From NCBI GenBank assembly GCA_020536535.1, contig JAHLWZ010000858.1:1-64000 (forward strand): 64,000 bases of DNA. Direction: 5' to 3'. The stretch is from Pelomyxa schiedti (taxonomy: Eukaryota; Protista; Evosea). Shown piece by piece: positions 1 to 10,898 of the stretch; position 1 is the first letter of the stretch; each line of letters opens with the position of its first letter. Under the pieces are notes generated by a model, which saw only the letters and a program-made list of their open reading frames with translations, was not told the origin of the DNA and made no database searches. The translations under genes and the position numbers were made by a program.

Positions 1-206
1 GAGGGACAGGTTTTTGGGTCGGCTGGCGTTGGGTTGCGAAAGCGACATCCCACTTGAGACACTAACGGAACAAAAAAATCAATAAATTCAGGGGAAAATG
101 GTGGAGTGGGTGGGATGTGGATTTATTGGATTTATTGTCACTCAAGCTTGTGTGGTGGTTCACTTGCACTAGAGACCCAGCAGGAGAAGCCCTCGTTACG
201 ACCCTG

Positions 207-3200
207 ATGAGGTCCAGCAGCCGCCGCATGACCAGGTCGTCATCTGTTGCATCAAGTGGTGACCTGCAGCCATTTATAACTACTGTGTGTGAACCAGAGG
301 GCTCCAACTTGGTCACTGACACGGAGTTCCCCCTTGAGGTTGGGAAAACAAAGAAAAAAAAAACCTGCTTGCGATTAACGTGGATACCAGCTGCCTACTG
401 AAGTCTTTCAGTTCAAACTTAAAGATCGCCAGCATGCCCCTGTTGGGCACCCTCTCCAGGAGACATGGGTCCTCACAAATCGATCAGATGCCAAATACCG
501 AATGATGTTCATATCTGATTCAAATGACAAGTTTGATTTGCAGTTTAAACCCGAGTCAAGAAAAATGAAACCAGTAGGACCCTTATCTCCATTTTTTCCC
601 ATTACCATATGTCAAGGGACAAAAAGCTGCAGTAACTGTAACCCTAATACTCAAGTGTACCACTCAATTACGGCGTAACATTCCTGTAATTGTAGAAGGT
701 ATGCCTCTTCCCACCTTTTTTTTTTTTTACTTCAACTAGGCTCACAGGTTCCCAGACAGCACGTTTACCTTCCTCTGAGAATTGGTTCACAAATCACAAC
801 CAAACTGGACTTTGATGAAATCACAATGGGTGAGAAGCCAATCTTCGAAGATGAACTAGCCGGCACGTACCCTGGGACTTGGAGGTCAACGAAGGTAGCC
901 AAAACGGATGTACAAAACTGAGAAATGCAGGTCCAAGTCAAACTACTGAAATTGCAAAACCCTGATGAAATAGCACTTCGCGATTTTATGAGAACTGTGG
1001 AGTTGATGGAGCAGCTAAGTTGCTCCACCTTAATCAGTATCCACGCTCTCAGGTATCTATGTCAATAACTTCTCTGCTAGAATTTCTTGGTGCCTCTTCT
1101 TCACCCGGAAAAATTTGCCTTGTCTTTGAACATGCATCTTGTGGAAACCTTGAATTGGCCATAACCAGAAAACCAGTTCCTGAAGTTTTTAAAAAAAGAG
1201 TTGTCGCCGACATAGCCCATGGTCAATTTTCCTTTCTTTTCTGTCTCAAATACTGTTCTCATATTTCTTAGGGATGGAATTTCTCCACAAACATGGTTTG
1301 TAGAGATATTGGCGAATAAAGAAAATAATCTCCTACAATAGGGGTAGTGCACCACAAACTTTCTCCTGTAACAGTATTAATTGCCTCGTTGGATCATAAC
1401 GCTCCCACTGTTGCCAAGTTGAGGTAGACAACAACTAACAAATGTGACTACTGAGATAAAAAAAAAAAAAAAGTGAGTTTGGATTTCCTCGTAGGGGTCC
1501 TGACGAACCTGACGGCTATTCAGTGGAAGCAAACACTATATCCTTACAAATTCTATTTCCTTTAGAAAATCGCTTGTTACCCTTAACACTTGGCACATTT
1601 ATACTGCACCAGAGCTGTTCAGAGATAGAGCCCCCTTTGAGTATCCAGCTGATGTTTATAGGTAGGTTCCTTCAAAATGAGAGTTACTAACAAGCTTTTT
1701 TCTGGGACCAGTTTTGCTATGGTGCTCTATTTCATTTTCAAAGGTGAACACCCTTTTTGTGACCCTCATTTTGCATCAGCCAAAGGTCTTGAAACAAATT
1801 GTAAACATTGATGTCACTGCTTTCAGATATCGAGACTTTTTTAGAAGAAGGGAAACGGTTGCCTCTTGATTTCCCATGCCCTGCTGTATTCAAAAATCTC
1901 ATAACAGAATGTTGGGCTGAAGACCCACTGTCCCGTCCAGGTGCAATAAATTTATTGGTCCCCATAAACCTTTCTAAAGGCACCTAGATTTCCCAGCAAT
2001 TGTGAAAGAGTTAGAGCCCGAAAGAGGCAGTGTAAGATATTCTACAAGTGATGTATTTGTACCCACAGATAATCGCTTGCTTGTAATCCAAAATTGTAAA
2101 GTAGGAATTAAAGGTTGTACTGTTTGAAATGACAGCAAAATTTAATAAGCTTAGGCATTGAGTTCCGGGGACCAGTGCATGTAAATAATTCAGGTTCCCT
2201 CAACTTAGAACAATGTTGCTTGCCATCAGTAGCAGCAACTGGCAGAGGGACTTTTATGTCCCTGCTTCAATGCACTGTAGATCCCACCAAGTATGGTGTG
2301 CACCCTCCTTTTCCTGAAACGACTTGACTAATGGTACAGGGGTTAATGCCCAGTCATCTTCCGTAAAGTATCTTCCCCCTTTTTTGTATTGTGCTCACTG
2401 TGTTCCTCAGATTCAGTGATTATGCTTCAGGGACACTTGAATTAAGCAGTGGGTCACATTGAAACAGAAAATCCTTGTGTTAATTTGATACTTTTCAGAC
2501 ATATCTGCTTGCTCTATCTCTGGTACAGGCATTGAAGTGAGTGGCTTTGCAGAACCAACAATCCGAGCATGCTCTATAAGATATGGCCAAGTAGGCGTTT
2601 CTTTCTGGAAGAATGGGAATGGAGTGTAAGCTATTACTCCTTCCTTGCAACCTGAAAAATCTTCAGAGTGGAGAATTGTTGTATTAGTGATACAGGTCTA
2701 GCTGGAATTGAAGTGGCTCGGGCTAGTGCCCCTACCCTAAGGGGTTGCAATATCTATGGCTCAAGGGGCTTTGGTATCACTCTTCATGATGGTGGGAAGG
2801 GCAACATCACTTCCTGTAATATTTACTCCAACTTGAGAGAAGGAGTTGATGTAACTGCCCCTTAAGCTTTTTATACTTTACTTATCATAAATATAGGTGC
2901 ATAGGACCAGTCAAGCAATACTTGTAAGTAGTTATGTACACCACAATGCTAAAACTGGAGTTCACTTGATTGGGTCAAAGTGTGAACTCGCAGGGTGTCA
3001 CATTTTTTCTGTGTGGCCTCTACCTAAATTTTTCCACTACAAAATTGTGACTCCCGTTTAGAACGAATTAGCTGGTGTTCGAACAGCACACTCCAAAGTG
3101 AATATGAGCCAATGCTGGATTCAAGGAAATAAACTTCCAGGACTTGTCATTTTGCGAGATTCCAAAGCTAATGTAACAAATTGTTGTTTTCGTGCTGGTG

Positions 3201-5703
3201 AGCAATCAGGGTATGGTCATTGCTGCCTTTTTCCTCCTCAAATTTCTTTCTAGAATCTTTTTCTGCAACAGTGGGCATGGTTCTGTGGAAAGATGCACCA
3301 TTTCTAGTAACAGCTTGGCCGGAGTGGAAATTTCTTCAGACTCTGATCCAGATATTCGTCACTGTATGATAGATTCGAATAAATATGGAGTTCACTACAG
3401 AGATCGAGGTATATCGGCCTTTAGAATATTCGCAATGATAATAATTTTGTTAGGTCTTGGGCATTTGGAAAATTGTACTATAATACGAAATAGTAGCAGC
3501 AATATTAGGGTTTTTGATGAAAGTGAGCCTTTCATTCGTAACTGTCATATCTTTGAGAGTGGCGGTGTGGGGATACGATTCAGTAACTGTGGGAGTGGTG
3601 CAATTTTGGAGAGCTGTGACATAGCAACCAGCACCTCGTCAAATGTAGAAATAATTGGCAATTGCAGTCCAACAATTAGATCTTGTCAAATTCATGATGG
3701 TAATGAAACCGGCCTGAGATTTGATAAAGAAGCAAGTGGCATGGTGGAGCTATGCACAATTTTTCGTAATTGCCTGGAGGGAATTAGCGTAAGAAACTTG
3801 GCATATCCATTAATACGAAAGTGTAACATTGTGGATGGACTACAGGTTACTTGCAAGAATTTCCCAGAGTCTCATTCTTTACAGAGTGGAATTGTATTGC
3901 ACTCTTGTGGCTCCTCTACCGTAATTGACAATTGTGAAATCCACTCCAACACAACAACGGGGATAGAATTAAGCAAAAATAGGTTTGTGTATCTCCTCAG
4001 CATGTCCCTAACAACAATAGTGCACCAATTATTCGAGGGTGTAACATTCATGAATGCTTATTTGCTGGTGTACAATATTTGGATGATTCAGGAGGTTCTC
4101 TATTGGAATGTAAAATAAACAACAATGGGACTCCAATGAGACCTCAACCTGGAATCGAGGTCCCAAGTACTGGGGGACCAATAATCAAAAACTGTGTGAT
4201 CGATGGCAGTACAATTAGCACTAAGAGTACCCAAGAGCCACCACGCTCAAATTTGAGAATAGCTCAAGTAGTTTTTACGCCTGCTGAAATTGCTGCAGCA
4301 ACAGATAACTACAATGATGGCCGCAGACTAGGAGAGGGGGCCTATGGTAATACCAGAATTTGGTGGTATTACATTCACTTGGACAATTAGGCATTGTCTT
4401 CAGGGGTGTACTTCATGGAACCCCAGTGGCTGTAAAAGTAATGAACACAAAATTGAAGTCGAGTGTAAAGAAGGGATTTGAATACGAAGTGGAGCTTCTC
4501 AGTACATTTAGGTTGTGTGAAATACAAGATAAAATGAAGGAAAATATCAACAAACAAAAATAGGCACAGGAATCTGGTACCCCTCTTGGGGTGTTGCAGT
4601 GGTGAACCACTGGCCCTTGTTTATGACTTGATGGAAGGTGGTGCTCTTAAGCCTCTTCTAAAGCAAGCTCGACGGGCTTTCACCAAAGGTTTTTTTTAAT
4701 ATCCTTTTCTTCTTATAATTCTTGAAATCAGATCAATCTGATTTACTACCCTGGAAGCAGCGATTGAATATAGCAATCGGTTGTGCTCGAGGTCTTCTTT
4801 TCCTTCATGCAACAACAAAACCTCCTGGTATAATGCTGTTCCTTGATTTCTTTTGGTTGATATTCTCTAGTTATTCATCGAGATTTTAAAAGTGCCAATG
4901 TAACCACCTCTACGCCCTGCTCTCATTTAATATGTGACGCTCATAATTAGGTTTTATTAGATCGGCACAGAGAACCGAGAATAGGAGATTTTGGTATGCA
5001 AACAAGGCTTCGATGCACCTAACACCATTCTCAGGACTTGCGCGTTTGCTACCAGAGAATACTCAAACGGGAAATTCAGCTGGGACACCTGGATATGTAA
5101 ATCGTAACGCCTTTCTTTAAGTTCTCCTCATTCTTGTTTAGATTTGTCCTGAGTATGATGCATGTGGTACTCTTACCACAAAGGTAAGAGAACACCACGT
5201 AGAAATATCCTTTTTATATTGAGTAATGGAAAAAAGGTGGATGTATATAGTTTTGGTATAGTTCTCATGGAACTACTTACCGGAATGCCGGCGCTATTGT
5301 ATGATAAGGATGAAAATGGCGATGTTATTGAGGATTCAGAAATGCCTCTCCCAGAGTGGGTTGCCTACAACATCGCGAGAGGCATGAAACGCACTCCCGA
5401 GAATCCTCTTAGTGCTATACTACAACCTAACTGGCCCGTTGATGTGAGATACCCAACAATCCACGCAGCGAATAATAGTTCATTTAGCTAAATATAGACT
5501 ATACCTACAATGTGTGATGTGGAAACAAACTAACATTCCGCACACAGATTGCTGTGAGCTTGTACAATGTTGCCAGGCAGTGCCTTGTATCCGAGCAAGA
5601 GAAAAGAGTGTCAATGGCTGAAGTTCTCGCCGATCTTGAAGTCGCTGAACTTACAGCAACAGAGTACGTTGGTGCCACCAATGAAAGTCAAACTGGTGAG
5701 TGA
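207..5703 (+). CDS. Multi-exon tandem kinase: N-terminal TKL-type pseudokinase, parallel beta-helix repeats, C-terminal IRAK/Pelle/RLK-like kinase
   Basis: Manual splicing gives kinase 1 (~800-2030) with VQVK, VHHKLSP, LSEFG, YTAPEL, ADVYSFAM. Repeats of the type IRxCxIxxxxxxGI follow (~2500-4200). Kinase 2 (~4270-5640) has FTPAEIAAATDNY, LGEGAYG, VAVK, HRDFKSANVLLD, GDFGLA, GTPGY, DVYSFGIVLMELLTG. The start codon and single-gene continuity are inferred. Confidence 0.75.
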
Positions 5704-5897
5704 TCAGCAAGCATCATACTGTCAATCAAACACACAAAAACATGAGGAATGAGAAAAACGATCGGACGGTTTTTTTTGATTTCTTTTTTCTCCTTTGGTC
5801 TGGGGACACGAAAGAATGTTGGAGCAGGGGAATGCTGTTGTCAGGCGAAAAAAAGCAGCTAACGAAATGCCAGCTCGTTGTGCTCATGTAGGAAATA

Positions 5898-8420
5898 ATG
5901 TTTGAAACCTCAGTGTATTTTTGGTAAACAATGAATGCCAAGGTTGTGGGGCTGTTGAAAGGGAAAACCATTGTTGTCTTTGGAGGATGTGGTCAGAATG
6001 GAATCCTGTCTGATACCTTCCAGTGTAGTTTGTCTCACATTGGCTGTTGGAAATTGGTATTTAAACCTTATGACCTATTAAAATTGCTCAATATATCTGG
6101 AATAACCACAACTGGTGCATGCTCACCCATGAACTTCACCTATAGGTTTGCAGTGGACCCACTGAAAATCACCCTTCACCAAAGGGTAGGCAGCACTCAA
6201 GTTTTGTTTCTTACATGGAGGAGCTGTATCTCTTTGGAGGGGATTGTGGTGATGAACTCTGCAATGATTTATGGTGTTACACCACCACCACGGGATGGCA
6301 CTGTGTCAGTGCTTTATCATCTGGTTCGCCTCCTCCAGCTATGTGGGGTCACTCTGCTGTGGCGCATAAGGTTGGAATTACTAGCTTTGGTTTTTACCCT
6401 CTTCCATTCTTTTCAGTCAACTTCTGATAGGAATATATGTACGTCTTTGGCGGAAACCTTTCTTCTGGGCCCTCCTCTGACCTCTTCCGTTTCTCTTTCT
6501 CCCTCAAAATATGGGAGAAGGTCCTTTACACGGACCCATTACCACCTCAAATGTTCTATGCCTCCACATTACTTGAAAATAAGTGGTTCTTATTATTTGG
6601 TATATATTTCCTTCCAAGACTTGAATGAAAGACTACCATATAAACAGGTTCGCGAACAAGTTCAGTTGCCCCAAAAATGCTTTGTTGTGACCTTGACACC
6701 TTCACATGGACCTTACTCGCTTCACCTCCTGTTGTAGGATTGATGCGTGGTTATACTCTTATTAATTTTGAGGGTATATTATTCCTGCATGGAGGAAAAC
6801 TCAAAGTACAGTTTATATATATATATGTGTTCTCCCTCTCCATGTGAGGTGATGACCCTCATAACCATGTACTCCTAGAGTGGAATAGCCGACGATGCCT
6901 ACCTTTATCAACCCTGCTCTGATATGTGGCAAAAAGTCACACCATCACCAGAAATGACTCCTCCTGCACTCTACTTTCACTCAGTGATTACTTCTCAAGA
7001 TCACCTCTATATATTGGGTGGAATTAGTAGTACAGGGCATTCATCTGACATTACTCGGGTTTTCATTCCTCAGTTAGTTGGAACCGCCCTAGGAAAACCT
7101 GACTTACTTTCCACTCTGCACGACGAAATTCTAATGCGGATTTTTTCTTATCTGAGGTACCCCTTCCTCTCTGGGTACTGTTGACAATAGCAGAGCATCA
7201 GATTTGGCAATGGTGTGTGCAGTGTCTAACCGACTAAGACAGTTGGGTACACTACCATCCCTATGGTTCAATCACGTTGAAGTAGTAGTTCAAAGCTCAA
7301 CTCTGTATCTCTATGGTGCTACGTGAATTTTTCCTAAGAAATAGGCCTTACTTCTCCCAGAATCATATCCAAAGCTTGACACATCATCAGTCGCGGACAA
7401 GGGGCGGAATTGGTGCAAGTTTTACTACAATGCCAGAAGGGTTGACTCGTTTTACCATGTGGGACACTTTGTGCATAAGAAACAAGGCATGCACAAACTT
7501 ATAGAGAAAATTGGAGCTAGACAATGTTTGAAACTTGCAGTTGTAGGCAGCCCGGCAGTAGGCAAGGTTTAATTTTGCATCTTGCACCAAGTTCCTATCT
7601 CTTAAGTAAAAAGTCAGGTGTAACTCGACAATTGATATGCGGCCATTTGTAAACCTGTTCCTTTTTCTTTCCTTTGTCAGCGACGAATAGGATCGAGGAA
7701 GACCCCGAAATAATCGATTCCTTTCGAAAACAATGGAGACAGGGAGGTAAAAGTTTCCTGTAAGAAGCTCCATTTGGGAGATCAATCTCATTTTCCTTTA
7801 GACTGGAGGTAATGGATGCAGCAGAACCAGTTCACGAAGATTTGTATGCAGATGTAGATACCAGTATTCTTATTTCAAACTTTGTAGCCGGGAACTTTTT
7901 GATCAGTTTATGACAACAGCCTATGGCTATATCATTGTCTACTCAGTAACTGATGTAGAATCATTTGTGGCTGTCGACAAATGGTTAAAACTAATAGCCA
8001 CAAATTGGCAAATAACTGGGCCATACGGTTTTGGCTGGCCTGCAATCGTTTTGTGCGCCAACAAGGTACTTGACATTAAATACTATTTAAATCCTACCAA
8101 ATAACAACCTACCCAACAGTGTGACCTAATTGAGTCACGAAAGATACCAACAGCAACAGGTATGATGAAGGCTTTGGAGATTGGTTGCCCTTATATTGAA
8201 ACAAGTGCCGTGACAAGGTTTCTTTCAATTCCTTTTTCTTTGGAGCCTCACACCCACACCCACCAGGAAAAATCTAGAAGAAACATTTTTCACTGTCATT
8301 TTTGAGGCTGCTCGTCTCCTGGTGAGATGTTAGCTTTTTTTTTTGTCAATCCTAAGAAATTCTTAGAGAATTCTTGATGAACAAGGTGCTACAAAACCGA
8401 CCAAATGCTTGCTTATGTAA
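5898..8420 (+). CDS. Kelch-repeat + F-box + Ras-like GTPase fusion protein with C-terminal CAAX
   Basis: Kelch blades (IVVFGG, LYLFGG, MYVFGG, LYILGG); F-box LSTLHDEILMRIFSYL...DLAMVCAVS (~7100-7260); Ras motifs KLAVVGSPAVGKS, YIIVYSVTD, NKCDL, ETSA; ends KCLLM-stop at 8420. Confidence 0.85.
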
Positions 8421-8471
8421 CAATGTGAATCGAATTTTTGTATTATTAATTCTAACAACATGTTGGCATTC

Positions 8472-10724
8472 TTAGCCATCAATTTGTTGATCTCCAAACT
8501 GCCGAATTATGGCGTCATTATTTGGGTTCTCTTTGCCTAGTATGTCTGGGTAATTGTTGACCAGTTCATTCCATATTTTTGATGGAATTAGCTGATGTGC
8601 TACGCTGCTTGGGTGGAATGCTGTTTTTTTTTTGTTAGTGTATTTATGTCTTGAGAAGGGTTCACACAATCCCAAGGTTCGAACATGATAATTGGGTCAT
8701 ATCCCTGATCAATCACTTCCTGGATAGCTTGTAGCTTGTACACATTGTAGTCCAAGAACATAACATCGAAGTTATCGTAATTTGCAGTAGCAGCAACATC
8801 CTGATACACAGCGTTCAAAGTTTCAACTTGCTGTACAGAGGCATAAGGGATATTGATTCTGTTTTTGGATGAGAAGTACTTCGTCAGCCCAGTCTCTTCT
8901 GTTGGGATCCACAAGTGTACAATATAAAACTCCAGTGCATATTTCCATGTTCCACCAATCCTCGTAACTTATCTATTTGTAGGCTCAGAAATTGAAGGTC
9001 TTTTTAAGGAAGATTCACCCTCATAATAGGTTGAGTTCCATCTTTTCCGATGTCATACATCGTGCTGCAAGGGAGTAAGGTGAAGTAACAATTTAAAGTG
9101 AATGACAATGAAACACAGACCTGTTTTCGAGACCCATTAGAACAACATGACTACCTGAAGGAAGTTTGGAAGAGAGACCATCCAAAATTGTCAGAGTATT
9201 TTCTTTGAACACAGTTGGATCCACCGGGTCCTCAGCACAAATGTCTCCAAACCTGCAACACGTATTAGAGAATTGTGCATCACTGAGCCAGTTTTACTCT
9301 GCAGATAGAAATACAAGAAGCGGTCTCTCTGTCGTATTTCGGGCCAGTGACACCGCATAACTTGAAGCCAAGTCCCCAACATTAGCTCCATTGATTCCAA
9401 TGTTTTGGTAATCCCGGAAGTTGCACCGGTTCCTGTTCCTCATGTACCAGTATATAGAAGAAGGTGTTGTGAAATTGATGTCGTACTGAGCATCTGGTAT
9501 CTCAAATCCTGTCCACATGGAGTACTGAGGCCTATAATCAAGTATGATTTTCCACGGGGTGGCTGAATTGGAAAATTTTTTACCAGTCTCCAACGTTATA
9601 TAGCATTTCTGTGATGAGAGGCTGAACAGATGGATTTACGAGTTCTGGATGTACGAGGCTGGAAGAGGGTCAGGTCAGACTGAAATTACAAAAAGAAATC
9701 ACATACTCCCAAGGAACAGTGAAGTGACTGGCCTCACTTGCCCCAAGAACCGCCACGCCAAGTCCTGGATAAGGAGCACACCACTCTTCCTCATAGGACT
9801 TTAGGGCAGAATACATTCCAGATATGCCTGAGATACAGAGAAAGGTGAGAAACACCAAATTTCTCTGGGGAACTGAAACCGTTGCAATTCGTATCAATAG
9901 CACCTGTTTCAGTAACTCCTGGGTGTCTACCAGCCTCCAAGTCACTGCAGTCCTACGGAATCTTAGAGAACTATGGAGAAATGATGAACTCAACCTTCCC
10001 TCTGAAGGACCAGCCTCTCAATTCATAAGCCTCCGAAAACCAATCACCATCAATATCCTCCAGAGGGTATAAAAAGCCTGAATCCCTTGGAGAGGGTGCC
10101 AAAATTGACTGAACCGCAGCAGTAACTGATCTAATGGCTTCCTCAATCTCTGGGGCTTGCTGTGTTGCTGAAGCTTGTACTGTGTCAGAGTATACTGGAC
10201 AATTACCTTTTCAAATTAAGCTTTGACAGCCACCCAAAAAGAACATACCATTACATACTCCTAAGGCCACACACATATCATCAGAGTACGTGTAATTGCC
10301 CATCACTGGATACAGCACAGGCCCTAAAAGCAAATAAGAAAGGACTTAGGTAAAGAAAAAAAAAAGTACCAAGAATGTCAGCAAAACCGATACATGCCAC
10401 GTGGTACACAGTCCCCTCTGCAAACAAATCATCACACAAGGCAGGAAACCCCTCCTCGGGTGTATATCCATTTGCCTCACAATACACCTGCAAGTAACTT
10501 ATCTAATTAACCAAAAAAAAAAAAAAAAAAAAAAAAACAGAGATTAGTGCTTTGAAAAAAAAAGAAAAAAAAGAGACCCAGGTGAAACAAATAGGAAACA
10601 ATACCAGAATCATACAAAACCCACACGTCGGCGTGTCTTGGGCTCTAACAATGTGGCTGGCCCCCGTGGAAACCACAGTGCCAAAAAGAACGAGAAAAAC
10701 ACTACCCAGCAGCACCTTGCTCAT
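8472..10724 (-). CDS. AOAH: Acyloxyacyl hydrolase-like protein (signal peptide, saposin-like domain, SGNH/GDSL lipase)
   Basis: Signal peptide MSKVLLGSVFLVLFG; Cys-spaced saposin-like exons; YEEEWC..VAVLGASEASHF, RNRCNFRDYQNIGINGA, spliced EPWDSFHP and terminal LGKENPNNDAIIRQFGDQ all resemble AOAH as I recall it. Confidence 0.88.
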
Positions 10725-10898
10725 TTTGTTTTGGTTTGGTTTTTAATTTTGTTGTTCACTTGCTTGTTTTTGCAAAAGAGCAAAACAGTGGAAAAATTTC
10801 CTAACACGAAACTGGAAGATTTACAACACCAGCGAAAGGAGATCCCGGAAAAGTAACTTTTTCGTTGTTCCCAGTCCATCTCCTTGTATGGCGCACGA

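Noticed and set aside
765-2030. Calling kinase 1 a pseudogene
   Set aside because: Apparent stops and frameshifts are resolved by short introns; it is a pseudokinase domain, not a decayed gene.
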